Source of the DNA: an uncultured Dysgonomonadaceae bacterium
GTDB taxonomy: Bacteria > Bacteroidota > Bacteroidia > Bacteroidales > Dysgonomonadaceae
Assembly (NCBI GenBank): GCA_964640575.1
Contig: CAZXGV010000001.1
Location: forward strand, 6,815-70,814
Length of the DNA: 64,000 nt
Direction of reading: 5' to 3'
The notes under the pieces were generated by a model. The model did not search any database and was not told the DNA's origin. It saw only the letters and a program-made list of their open reading frames with translations. Numbering within the stretch: position 1 is the first letter of the stretch; each line of letters opens with the position of its first letter. Of this stretch, positions 9,291 through 18,716 are shown in pieces. Made by a program: the position numbers and the translations under genes.

Positions 9291-10145
9291 ATGAAACTAA
9301 AAGTAGCAATTCAAAAAAAAGGTCGTTTGAGTGAGAAGTCGCTCGAACTATTAAAAGAGTGTGGTATAAAAGTCTCTAACGGAGACCGAAAGTTGAAAAC
9401 TGAGGCTAAAAACTTTCCCATGGAGATATTGTTTTTGCGCGATGACGATATACCTCAATATGTAGAACAAGGTGTTGCAGACATTGGGATATTAGGTGAG
9501 AACGAGGTTTTGGAGAGAGACAAAAATGTTCATACAATAGAAAAACTGGGATTTAGTAATTGCAGACTCTCATTAGCTATTCCCAAAGATGATGTTTATA
9601 CTGATGTATCCTTTTTTGAAGGTAAAAAAGTCGCGACAAGCTATCCTAAGATATTACGCAACTTTTTTATTGAGAAAAATATAAATGCTGAAATTGAAGA
9701 AATTGGCGGAAGTGTGGAAATTGCTACCAGTATTGGATTGGCACAAGGAATATTTGATATTGTAAGTACAGGAAGTACGTTGATGATGAACGGACTAAAG
9801 GAAGTAGAGACAGTTTTGAAAAGCGAAGCTGTGTTGATATCCAATAAAAAACTTTCAGAAGAAAAAGCTGCAATCCTAGATAAGTTGATTTTTAGAATAA
9901 AAGCTTATAAAAATGGGATTAAAAGTAAGTATATTGTGCTGAATGCTCCCAATGAATCATTAGACAAGATATGTAAGCTTATTCCAGGAATGCGATTTCC
10001 TACAGTTTTGCCTTTGTCAGGTTCAAGTTGGTCAAGTGTTCACTCTGTAGTGGAAGAAGATGATTTTTGGAATGTGATTAATGCTCTTAAATCGTATGGT
10101 GCAGAGGGTATTTTAGTAGTGCCAATTGAAAAAATGATCCTTTAA
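9291..10145 (+). CDS. hisG: ATP phosphoribosyltransferase (long form)
   Basis: 284 aa starting MKLKVAIQKKGRLSEKSLELL. Motifs include DDIPQYVEQGVADIGILGEN and STGSTL, and there is a C-terminal regulatory domain. It is the first gene of the his cluster. Confidence 0.9.
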   Translation: MKLKVAIQKKGRLSEKSLELLKECGIKVSNGDRKLKTEAKNFPMEILFLRDDDIPQYVEQGVADIGILGENEVLERDKNVHTIEKLGFSNCRLSLAIPKDDVYTDVSFFEGKKVATSYPKILRNFFIEKNINAEIEEIGGSVEIATSIGLAQGIFDIVSTGSTLMMNGLKEVETVLKSEAVLISNKKLSEEKAAILDKLIFRIKAYKNGIKSKYIVLNAPNESLDKICKLIPGMRFPTVLPLSGSSWSSVHSVVEEDDFWNVINALKSYGAEGILVVPIEKMIL

Positions 10146-10234
10146 TATACGTTTGCTAGATGTGTGCACGAAAGAAGAGACGTTGCACACAACCTCTTTT
10201 ACACAATTGGAAACAGTAAGATATAAATAAGAGA

Positions 10235-11527
10235 ATGATAAAAACAATCATTAACCCAAAAGTTGACGAGTGGACTAAACTGCAAGAGCGTCCAGTCGTA
10301 AATCAAGGCAGTTTGTTTGAAGTTGCGGAAAATATATTTAATGATGTTCGGACAACTGGTGATATAGCTGTCTCCAAATACAGTCGACAGTTTGATGGTG
10401 TCAATTACAGCTTTTCACCACTTGGATTAAACTTTATTCGAGATGCAGAAAGTGAAGTCCCAACTTCATTGAAAGAGAGTATTGAGAAAGCCTATCACAA
10501 CATATATAAGTTTCATGCATCGCAAACCGAGTATGCAAAGAAGATTGAAACTACTCAAGGAGTAACATGTTGGCGCGAAAGTCGCTCCATCGACAAAGTA
10601 GGTCTTTATATACCAGGCGGCTCTGCTCCTCTATTCTCGACTGTGTTGATGTTGGGAATTCCAGCTAAAATAGCAGGATGCAAAGAGGTAGTTCTTTGTA
10701 CACCCCCCGACAAAAATGGAGAAATTAACCCTCTTATCTTGTATGCTGCCAACTTGGTGGGCATTCAAAAAGTTTATGCAGTGGGTGGCATTCAGGCAAT
10801 TGCTGCCATGGCATTTGGCACGGAGTCTATTCCCAAAGTAGATAAAATATTTGGTCCAGGCAATCAGTATGTTACTGCAGCAAAACAAATTGCACAACTT
10901 TATGGCACAGCCATCGATATGCCTGCTGGACCGAGCGAAGTGTTGATTATTGCCGATGATTCGTCTGATCCGGAGTTTGTATCTGCCGATTTGCTTTCGC
11001 AAGCAGAACATGGTCCCGATAGTCAAGTGATATTATTGTCGGACAACGAAACTGTTATTAATAATGTAAATTTTGCTTTGCAGAAACAACTGGAACAACT
11101 GTCTCGTAAGGAAATTACAGAAAAAGCTTTGGAGAATAGTAGAGCTATACTGTTTGAGTCTATTGATGCCTGTATCAACTTTAGCAACGGGTATGCTCCC
11201 GAGCATTTGATTTTAGCAATCCGCAATGCGGACGATAAGATAGGGAAAGTGCAAAGTGCTGGTTCGGTGTTTTTAGGAAACTATAGCTGCGAGAGTGTTG
11301 GCGACTATGCTTCGGGCACCAATCATACATTGCCAACCAATGGTTTTGCACGCTCATATAGTGGTGTATCTGTTGATAGTTTTGTGAAAAAAATTACCTT
11401 CCAATCTGTTTCAGAAGCGGGATTAAAGAATATTGGTCCGTCAGTAGAAATCATGGCAGAAGCTGAACAACTGATGGCTCATAAGGATGCGGTTACAATC
11501 CGTTTACGTAAAATTGATAAAGAATGA
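10235..11527 (+). CDS. hisD: histidinol dehydrogenase
   Basis: 430 aa. Motifs include GGIQAIAAMAFGTESIPKVDKIFGPGNQYV, SQAEHGPDSQ and GDYASGTNHTLPT. Confidence 0.92.
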   Translation: MIKTIINPKVDEWTKLQERPVVNQGSLFEVAENIFNDVRTTGDIAVSKYSRQFDGVNYSFSPLGLNFIRDAESEVPTSLKESIEKAYHNIYKFHASQTEYAKKIETTQGVTCWRESRSIDKVGLYIPGGSAPLFSTVLMLGIPAKIAGCKEVVLCTPPDKNGEINPLILYAANLVGIQKVYAVGGIQAIAAMAFGTESIPKVDKIFGPGNQYVTAAKQIAQLYGTAIDMPAGPSEVLIIADDSSDPEFVSADLLSQAEHGPDSQVILLSDNETVINNVNFALQKQLEQLSRKEITEKALENSRAILFESIDACINFSNGYAPEHLILAIRNADDKIGKVQSAGSVFLGNYSCESVGDYASGTNHTLPTNGFARSYSGVSVDSFVKKITFQSVSEAGLKNIGPSVEIMAEAEQLMAHKDAVTIRLRKIDKE

Positions 11528-12555
11528 ATATAAATATTAGTAAGCTGGTACGACAAAACATACTCAATTTGTCTCCCTACTCCAGCGCACGAGATGAGTT
11601 TTCAGGTACTGAAGGGGTTTTCCTCGATGCAAACGAAAATCCAAAGGGCAATCACAATCGTTATCCGGATCCACATCAATCGGAGCTTAAAAATGTGCTT
11701 GGTAAAGTGAAGTCTATTTCACCTGAAAATATTTTTATAGGCAATGGGAGCGATGAGGTTATTGATCTAATATTTCGCACATTTGCCAATCCTGGCAAGG
11801 ATAAAGCAATCGTTTGTCCGCCTACTTACGGCATGTATGAGGTGTCTGCAAATATAAATGATGTGGAGGTTGTTACTATTCCATTGCTTGCCAATTTTCA
11901 ACTAAACAAGCAAGCCATTTTTGAAACAATAGAGCAAGACGAATCAGTGAAGTTGATTTTCATCTGCTCGCCCAACAATCCTACTGGGAATTTGATTGAA
12001 GGAATTGAGGAAATTGTTGAGAAGTTCAATGGTATAGTGATTGTAGATGAGGCATACATCGACTTCAGCCCTGAGGATTCAAAAGCTCAACTCATTCATC
12101 ACTATAACAACCTCATTGTGTCTCAAACTTTAAGCAAGGCTTGGGGCTTGGCAGGAATTAGAGTGGGGTTTGCTTTTGCACAATCAGAAATTATCACACT
12201 GCTCAACAAAATTAAGCCACCTTATAATATTAGTGTGCTCAATCAACAGCAAGCTCTTGTAAGGTTATCGAAACCTGAAGAGTTTGAATCTGAAAGGACT
12301 GAGGTTCTTGCTGAAAGGGAGAGATTAGAAAAGGAGCTGTTGCAATTAGTAATGGTGCGGAAGATTTATCCTTCAAACGCCAACTTCCTATTAGTAGAAG
12401 TGGATAATGCAAACAAGGTATATAATGCTTTAGTAGGAAAAAACGTAATAATTAGAAATCGTGATTCGGTTATTAAAAACTGTGTACGAATAACAGTAGG
12501 CACAAAAGAAGAAAATGATATTTTACTGACAGAACTAAAAGATATTTCACAATGA
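11524..12555 (+). CDS. hisC: histidinol-phosphate aminotransferase
   Basis: 343 aa. Motifs include [15 protein letters not shown] and the PLP-lysine motif [15 protein letters not shown]. Its start overlaps the hisD stop by 4 nt. Confidence 0.9.
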   Translation: MNINISKLVRQNILNLSPYSSARDEFSGTEGVFLDANENPKGNHNRYPDPHQSELKNVLGKVKSISPENIFIGNGSDEVIDLIFRTFANPGKDKAIVCPPTYGMYEVSANINDVEVVTIPLLANFQLNKQAIFETIEQDESVKLIFICSPNNPTGNLIEGIEEIVEKFNGIVIVDEAYIDFSPEDSKAQLIHHYNNLIVSQTLSKAWGLAGIRVGFAFAQSEIITLLNKIKPPYNISVLNQQQALVRLSKPEEFESERTEVLAERERLEKELLQLVMVRKIYPSNANFLLVEVDNANKVYNALVGKNVIIRNRDSVIKNCVRITVGTKEENDILLTELKDISQ

Positions 12556-13643
12556 AAAAAGTGTTGTTTATAGATCGTGATGGAACGCTAATTATTGAAC
12601 CTCCCGTTACTTATCAAATAGATAGTTTAGAAAAGTTAGAGTTCTATCCACATGTTTTTCAATACATGGCACGTATTGCTAACGAGTTGGATTATGAGCT
12701 TGTATTGGTGTCCAATCAAGATGGATTGGGAACTGACTCTTTCCCAATGGATACTTTTATCCCTGCTCACCAAAAGTTTATTCAAGCATTTGCCAATGAG
12801 GGGGTGGTATTTAAAGAGGAGTTGATAGATCCATCTTTTCCCGAAGACAATTCTCCGGGTCGCAAACCAGGCACTGCCATGCTCACACACTATATAAAGG
12901 GAAACTACGACCTCAAAAACTCTTTTGTGATAGGTGATAGAGAAACGGATGTAGAGTTGGCAAAAAACATGGGATGTAAAGCAATCTATTTAAATAAAGA
13001 GGTGCATCCTGATGCTGCTTTGAGTACAACAGAATGGTCTGAAGTATATTCATTTCTAAAGAGTGAACCACGTAAAGCAACTATCACGCGCAAAACTGCC
13101 GAAACGGACATCAGTATCACTGTCAATTTAGATGGAACAGGTAAAGGTAACATCAACACTGGGTTGCACTTCTTCGATCACATGTTGGATCAAATTGCCA
13201 GACATGGCAAAATTGACTTAACAGTTCAGGTTGATGGAGACTTAGAAGTGGATGCTCATCACACTGTTGAGGATACTGCAATAGTGTTGGGTGAAGCCAT
13301 TTTGCAAGCTATTGGGAGCAAAAAAGGGATTGAGCGCTATGGATTCCTTCTTCCAATGGACGATTGCTTGGCACAAGTTGCCATTGACTTTGGTGGGCGT
13401 CCTTGGTTGATATGGGATGTGGATTTTAAGTATGAAAAAATTGGAGATGTACCCACTGAGATGTTTTCTCACTTCTTCAAATCGTTTACCGATTCGGCAA
13501 AATGCAACTTGAACATCAAAGCCGAAGGTGAGAACCAGCACCACAAAATAGAAGCTATTTTTAAAGCTTTTGCAAAAGCTATTAAGAATGCGGTGAAGAT
13601 TGGCGATGACTTTCAAATTCCGAGTACAAAAGGTGTGCTTTAG
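12552..13643 (+). CDS. hisB: bifunctional histidinol-phosphatase / imidazoleglycerol-phosphate dehydratase
   Basis: 363 aa. The N-terminal HAD motif is FIDRDGTL with VSNQDG. The C-terminal IGPD motifs are [12 protein letters not shown] and [16 protein letters not shown]. It overlaps hisC by 4 nt. Confidence 0.92.
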   Translation: MKKVLFIDRDGTLIIEPPVTYQIDSLEKLEFYPHVFQYMARIANELDYELVLVSNQDGLGTDSFPMDTFIPAHQKFIQAFANEGVVFKEELIDPSFPEDNSPGRKPGTAMLTHYIKGNYDLKNSFVIGDRETDVELAKNMGCKAIYLNKEVHPDAALSTTEWSEVYSFLKSEPRKATITRKTAETDISITVNLDGTGKGNINTGLHFFDHMLDQIARHGKIDLTVQVDGDLEVDAHHTVEDTAIVLGEAILQAIGSKKGIERYGFLLPMDDCLAQVAIDFGGRPWLIWDVDFKYEKIGDVPTEMFSHFFKSFTDSAKCNLNIKAEGENQHHKIEAIFKAFAKAIKNAVKIGDDFQIPSTKGVL

Positions 13644-13675
13644 TTCAAGTTTCTAATTCCTAAACAGATAAAACA

Positions 13676-14413
13676 ATGAGAATAATTCCAGCCATAGATA
13701 TAATCGATGGTAAGTGTGTTCGCTTGACTAAAGGCGACTACAACACAGAGAAAGTATATAGTACCAATCCGCTTGAAGTAGCAAAAAACTATGAAGCCAA
13801 TGGCATCAAGTACTTGCACTTAGTAGATTTAGATGGCGCAAAATCCAGCAATATCGTCAATCACAAAATATTGCATGATATTGCCACACAAACATCTTTG
13901 AAAATAGATTTTGGTGGTGGCATAAAAACCGATGAGGATGCACGCATTGCATTTGACAACGGAGCAACGCAGATAACAGGAGGCAGCATAGCTGTTCAAA
14001 ATCCTGACTTGTTTCAATCGTGGATTGAGAAATATGGTTCGGATAAAATAATTTTGGGTGCTGATAGTCTACACCGCAAAATTGCTACACATGGTTGGCT
14101 AAAACAGTCGGAGCTGGATGTAATTGATTTCATCAATGAATATCAAGGAAGAGGTATATCCTATGTTATTTGTACAGATATCTCCAAGGATGGTATGTTG
14201 CAAGGACCTTCTATTAATTTGTACAGTGAAATTTTGTACAATAATAAGGTGAAACTTATTGCTAGCGGCGGGGTGTCATCCATTCAAGATGTGTATGAAT
14301 TGGCAGAAATTGGGTGCGAAGGTGCGATTATTGGAAAAGCCATCTACGAAAACAGAATATCGATGAAGCAACTAAACAAGTTCATTTCAGTGTATAAGTC
14401 AACTAACATTTAA
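13676..14413 (+). CDS. hisA: ProFAR isomerase (1-(5-phosphoribosyl)-5-[(5-phosphoribosylamino)methylideneamino]imidazole-4-carboxamide isomerase)
   Basis: 245 aa. Motifs include [24 protein letters not shown] and ASGGVSS. Confidence 0.9.
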   Translation: MRIIPAIDIIDGKCVRLTKGDYNTEKVYSTNPLEVAKNYEANGIKYLHLVDLDGAKSSNIVNHKILHDIATQTSLKIDFGGGIKTDEDARIAFDNGATQITGGSIAVQNPDLFQSWIEKYGSDKIILGADSLHRKIATHGWLKQSELDVIDFINEYQGRGISYVICTDISKDGMLQGPSINLYSEILYNNKVKLIASGGVSSIQDVYELAEIGCEGAIIGKAIYENRISMKQLNKFISVYKSTNI

Positions 14414-14425
14414 AACTTACTAGCT

Positions 14426-15175
14426 ATGGCTACAAAAAAAATAATACCCTGTCTCGACATCAAAAACGGTAATGTTGTAAAAGGGGTCAATTTCGTTAAT
14501 ATCAACGAAGTAGGCAACCCCGTTGAGTTTGCCAAGCGATATGAACAAGAAGGCGCCGACGAGTTGGTGTTGCTAGACATTTCAGCAACGGATGAAAACC
14601 GTGGGACCGTGTTGGAATTAGTCGCACAAGTATCGGAAGAAATAAACATTCCATTCACGGTTGGTGGAGGCATTTGCTCTGTGGATGGAGCGCAAGCAGT
14701 AATTGCATCTGGTGCAGACAAAGTGAGCATTGGCTCGGCAGCAATAAGGAATCCTGAATTGATTACACAGATTTCGAATAAGTTGGGTAGAGAAAGGGTG
14801 ATGCTTGCCATCGACTGCAAACTCGACAACAACGAATGGATGGTATATACTAATGGTGGGAAGAAGGCTACTCAGTTGCGAGCACTTGAATGGGCAGTAG
14901 AAGGTGAAGAGTTAGGAGCTGGGAGTATTCTGCTCACTTCGATGAACAACGACGGTGCTAAGAGTGGTTTTGCCATTGATATTACAAAAACGATTGCTGA
15001 GGCAGTGAATATTCCTGTTATTGCATCAGGGGGAGCTGGAATACAAGCGCATTTTTTAGATCTTTTCAAGCAAACAAATGCAGAGGGAGGATTGGCAGCA
15101 AGTGTGTTTCACTATCAAGAGATAAATATTGGCGAACTAAAATCCTATTTGCGTAAGAATGGGGTGAGCATTTAA
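14426..15175 (+). CDS. hisF: imidazole glycerol phosphate synthase, cyclase subunit
   Basis: 249 aa. Motifs include IIPCLDIKNGNVVKGVNF, ADELVLLDISA, PFTVGGGI and PVIASGGAG. Confidence 0.92.
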   Translation: MATKKIIPCLDIKNGNVVKGVNFVNINEVGNPVEFAKRYEQEGADELVLLDISATDENRGTVLELVAQVSEEINIPFTVGGGICSVDGAQAVIASGADKVSIGSAAIRNPELITQISNKLGRERVMLAIDCKLDNNEWMVYTNGGKKATQLRALEWAVEGEELGAGSILLTSMNNDGAKSGFAIDITKTIAEAVNIPVIASGGAGIQAHFLDLFKQTNAEGGLAASVFHYQEINIGELKSYLRKNGVSI

Positions 15176-15232
15176 TAAAAGGACATCGATAAAAAATATT
15201 CAATATGTCTGTATGTACACATTTCTAATATT

Positions 15233-15301
15233 TGTGTTGCGCCAGTAAAAAGCGTTTCATATTTCCCTTTTTGCTACGCAAACACACCGATTACAAATCG
15301 G
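15233..15301 (+). other. two stem-loops inside an inserted spacer between hisF and hisIE
   Basis: Hairpin 1 (15233-15286) is TGTGTTGCG-cc-AGTAAAAAG..loop..CTTTTTGCT-a-CGC-a-AACACA. Hairpin 2 (15287-15301) is CCGATT-aca-AATCGG. The spacer is flanked by the 14-nt direct repeat AAAATATTCAATAT at 15193-15206 and 15342-15355. Confidence 0.5.
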
Positions 15302-15360
15302 CGCGAGCGCAGACGAGATAAACATATAAGAAAACAACAATAAAATATTCAATATATATT

Positions 15361-15948
15361 ATGAAAGTAGATTTCTCGAAACACGATGGATTAGTTCCAG
15401 TAATTATTCAACACATACATACCGACCAAGTACTCATGTTGGGCTATATGAACCAAGAAGCGCTCGATAAAACACAAGCAGAAGGAAGGGTGACTTTTTT
15501 TAGTAGAAGCAAAAACAGGCTGTGGACCAAAGGTGAAGAGTCCAAAAATTATCTTTACTTGAAAGAAATTGCTGTGGATTGCGACAACGATACACTCTTG
15601 ATAAAAGCATTGCCACAAGGACCAACCTGTCATACAGGTAGCACTTCGTGCTTCAAAGAAGAGACTCCAAAAGGTTTCTTATATAAGTTGGAAAGTACTA
15701 TTGAACAACGCATAGCTGATGGAAGTGGTAAATCATACACGAGTTCTCTTTTCAAAAGAGGGGTAAACAAAGTGGCGCAGAAAGTTGGCGAGGAAGCTAT
15801 AGAGTTGGTTATTGAAGCAAAGGATGACAATCTCGATTTGTTTAAAAATGAAGCTGCCGATTTGCTGTATCACTATCTGATTCTGTTGAAAACAAAAGAT
15901 GTGAAGCTAAGGGATATTGAGGAGGTGTTGGAGGAAAGGTCGAAGTAA
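15361..15948 (+). CDS. hisIE: bifunctional phosphoribosyl-AMP cyclohydrolase / phosphoribosyl-ATP pyrophosphatase
   Basis: 195 aa. The cyclohydrolase half has PVIIQH..VLMLGYMN..CHTGSTSCF. The pyrophosphatase half has KVGEEAIELVIEAK..EAADLLYHYLILL. Confidence 0.9.
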   Translation: MKVDFSKHDGLVPVIIQHIHTDQVLMLGYMNQEALDKTQAEGRVTFFSRSKNRLWTKGEESKNYLYLKEIAVDCDNDTLLIKALPQGPTCHTGSTSCFKEETPKGFLYKLESTIEQRIADGSGKSYTSSLFKRGVNKVAQKVGEEAIELVIEAKDDNLDLFKNEAADLLYHYLILLKTKDVKLRDIEEVLEERSK

Positions 15949-15953
15949 TGTAT

Positions 15954-15972
15954 CCAAAGCTTCCAGCTTTGG
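15954..15972 (+). terminator. hairpin immediately after hisIE (terminator-like, no strong T-run)
   Basis: CCAAAGC-ttcca-GCTTTGG starts 6 nt after the TAA stop. Related hairpins occur at 17054-17073 and 22199-22233. Confidence 0.35.
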
Positions 15973-16174
15973 TCATATATGTATTAGAAGCAGAAGTATT
16001 TAGTATATCTTGTTTTGCTTCTCAATGCACAATTTGCGAAGCATAGTAGGTTAATTAATAGTAAAGCAGTCTAATTTAACACCTCCTTTCTTTTTTTTTG
16101 TTATGTTTGGGGTTTAATGGTCTGAGTTAGATTATCTAAATATTTTTTAAACGTGAATTAAATACCACAGCACT

Positions 16175-16903
16175 ATGAAGAATTTTTTAATTGTTGCACT
16201 ATCTGCTTTTATGTTTATTGCATGTGCTCAATCAAAAGAACAATCATCAACGACAGACTTTCACTCTGTTTTTGAAATCCCAGATTCATTACTTACTGTA
16301 GAACAAGAGTCGTTGAAAAGAGAGCTTGTTGACGTTGTAGTCAATCATCTGGATTATAAGGATGATAAGTTTATTTTTCAACTGACAGAAGAAGAGTTTT
16401 TAAAGAAAGGTTTTGCTCCAGAATATTATGATATTATTATCAAAGATACTGATGAAAGTAATCGAGTAATAGAATTAGATGATCACCTTGATTGGAGTGA
16501 ACTACTTAAAAATAAAATTGAAGAGTATAAACAAACAAAACTTCCTAAAACCGATGTTGCTGGAATAGATGATATTCCAAAAGACACTTTAATAGAGTTG
16601 GAATCTTTCGCTGGAAAGCCTGACAGTGAGTTGACAGAAAGTCAATTGGAGGCTAAAGTGAAATTTGCTGCTTTCTTGGAGAAACATTTGAACGTTGAAG
16701 ACAATCAATTTGTACTTAATGTTGAACCGCAAGATTTTGAAAAAGCTGGACTATCAAAATACTATTACAACCTTATGAAGGTGCGTATCGCTGAAGTTAA
16801 CAACTTGATAGATTCTTTGGGTGTAGAGGATTTAGCTGATAAATTCAAAAAGGGCTCTATAGAATATGGGTTTAGTTTGAATTCTTCAGAAGAAGGTGAA
16901 TGA
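16175..16903 (+). CDS. hypothetical lipoprotein with an internal duplication
   Basis: The lipobox signal is MKNFLIVALSAFMFIAC. The protein is acidic. Two related segments are DDKFIFQLTEEEFLKKGFAPEYYDIIIKD and EDNQFVLNVEPQDFEKAGLSKYYYNLMKV. No family was recognised. Confidence 0.7.
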   Translation: MKNFLIVALSAFMFIACAQSKEQSSTTDFHSVFEIPDSLLTVEQESLKRELVDVVVNHLDYKDDKFIFQLTEEEFLKKGFAPEYYDIIIKDTDESNRVIELDDHLDWSELLKNKIEEYKQTKLPKTDVAGIDDIPKDTLIELESFAGKPDSELTESQLEAKVKFAAFLEKHLNVEDNQFVLNVEPQDFEKAGLSKYYYNLMKVRIAEVNNLIDSLGVEDLADKFKKGSIEYGFSLNSSEEGE

Positions 16904-16917
16904 CATAAGTATTGAAG

Positions 16918-16952
16918 AGTAAAGAAATAAAACAATAATTGCTTTACTTTTT
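16918..16952 (+). terminator. possible terminator after the lipoprotein gene
   Basis: AGTAAAG..17 nt..CTTTACT followed by TTTT. The loop is large, so this is weak. Confidence 0.3.
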
Positions 16953-18060
16953 AAATTCTATATTTCTACTGTGTTTTATTGGTTTAGACAGTATTTATTA
17001 TACTTTTATGAAAGTCAACAGATGCAGCAAATCATTTGTAACACTGCCGAATGTATCCAAAGCATCCTCCTTTGGTTTCCGGAAGCTATAACCTTCCGAT
17101 ACATTGTTTCAGAGCTATAAGCTTTCAGTACATTATCTATGAATATAAATAAGTTGTATTTTGTTTTTAATTCCAAATTATTGTATAATATGCACTGTTT
17201 TTATTTGGTAAATGATTGATAAATCTTTATCAAAACATTTTGTTTGCGAACGAAATGCTTTAAACAGTTGAAACTTGCTTCCACGACGGGGGAAATGTTT
17301 GGGAACACATTATTTTCATTTTTTCGCCCTAAATTTTGCCATTTATGCCTTAAAAACTCAATTCCCAGTGTAGAATGCTCTTTTCATCCGTTGATTTTTC
17401 AATCTTAATCTGCTTTTTACTTTTTCAAGACGTTTTTCTTCCATATTTGCTCCAAAAAGCAACATTTTAGTGATTCAAAACATTTAAAAGACCGCGGATT
17501 GCGTTTTCAACAGATGATCGTCAAATCCACCGCCGCGGATTTGATTTCCAACTGTTTTCTGCCCTGCTTTATAATGATTTGTAAAAAAATATGCTCTATT
17601 ATTTACAAATCGACACTTGTGAAATCACAACTGCAATATGAGTGTCAGATAAAACTCCTCTTTTGAGCCGAAAATGCAATTTTTTAAGTAGATTTGAGGT
17701 TGAGGTTGATTGTAAAACTGTAAAATAGCTCCTTCGTTGCAGTTTGTAAACATCTGTACCATTAGCGATATTTAACACTTTGTTTGTTTCATTTTTCAAT
17801 CCCACACTCGCACCAAATTGCAATTTAAATCTCGCGCGTAGAAAAATAGAAGTATTTGTCGGCCGCAATACACAACTCAAAAACTTGCACCAACTGGAGA
17901 GTCAAAGTTGAAACAGATAGTTTTGCTTTGACTTCTGATTATCCCTTTTATTAATTCTATTATCTCCACTGTTCCAAACTAATCAGTCTAACTCTTTTTA
18001 TTCGCATGTTACTTTTTCTTTTATTTATTACAATCTTCACGGTAAAAAGAGGAAAAACAT

Positions 18061-18108
18061 TTGCTTAGTGAACAATAGTTCATTACCTTTGTCGTGAACA
18101 TTAAGCAA
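18061..18108 (+). promoter_or_regulatory. promoter region of the DUF134 operon with an embedded palindrome
   Basis: The -7 box TACCTTTG (18084-18091) matches TAnnTTTG, 26 nt before the ATG. The palindrome TGAAC-aata-GTTCA (18069-18082) lies between the -33 and -7 positions. GTGAACA is repeated at 18093-18099. TTGCTTA and TAAGCAA form an outer inverted pair (18061-18067 and 18102-18108). Confidence 0.4.
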
Positions 18109-18116
18109 AAAAGAAC

Positions 18117-18716
18117 ATGTCTGCACGTATAAGAAGACCTCGTAAAATATTAAGCCCCCCTCCCATAAAGGGTTTCAAGCCTTATGGAATAGATCCAGAT
18201 GTGAAGCCGTCAAAGAATTCTGTCAATTTGTTGTTTGAAGAATATGAAGCATTACGATTGAGTGATTATGACGGGCTCAATCATCACCAATCATCATTGA
18301 TGATGGATGTTTCGCGTCCTACTTTCACGCGTATATATGCAGCAGCACTGCAAAAAGTAGCCACTGCATTTGTTGAAGGGCGACAAATAGTTATTGAAGG
18401 CGGTAAAGTTTATTTCGATAGCGATTGGCATCAGTGCAATGCGTGTGAATGCTATTTTAGTCATCCACACAAACACTTACCTATCGAGGAGTGTCCACTG
18501 TGTGGTAGCGAAGATATTTCTGATTTCGATTTACCAGAAGAGGAGCACAATCATTTACGTGATGCTAGAAAACAATGTGTTTGTACTCATTGTCAATTAG
18601 AGCAAGCTCATCAGCCTGGTAAACCCTGCAAAGAGGAGGTTTGCCCAAAGTGTGGACACTTTATGAAACGAAAAGAGGCTCCAGGAAGACGAAACCGTAA
18701 AATGAAAGGAATATGA
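18117..18716 (+). CDS. UPF0251/DUF134-family predicted DNA-binding protein with a Cys-rich C-terminal extension
   Basis: The N-terminal ~100 aa are RRPRKILSPPPIKGFKPYG...LLFEEYEALRLSDYDGLNHHQSSLMMDVSRPTFTRIYAAALQKVATAFVEGRQIVIEGG. This follows the DUF134 pattern (RKxR, FKPxG, sigma70-region-4-like HTH, IxIEGG). The C-terminal ~95 aa hold 11 Cys arranged as CxxCxC..CxxC..CxCxxC..C..CxxC. Confidence 0.8.
   Translation: MSARIRRPRKILSPPPIKGFKPYGIDPDVKPSKNSVNLLFEEYEALRLSDYDGLNHHQSSLMMDVSRPTFTRIYAAALQKVATAFVEGRQIVIEGGKVYFDSDWHQCNACECYFSHPHKHLPIEECPLCGSEDISDFDLPEEEHNHLRDARKQCVCTHCQLEQAHQPGKPCKEEVCPKCGHFMKRKEAPGRRNRKMKGI

Noticed and set aside
17599-17880. The 93-aa minus-strand ORF in the 1.2-kb non-coding region
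   Set aside because: It has no promoter or start context. Its composition is biased and it overlaps the repeat-bearing DNA. It is more likely a chance ORF in AT-rich sequence, although a small protein cannot be strictly excluded.
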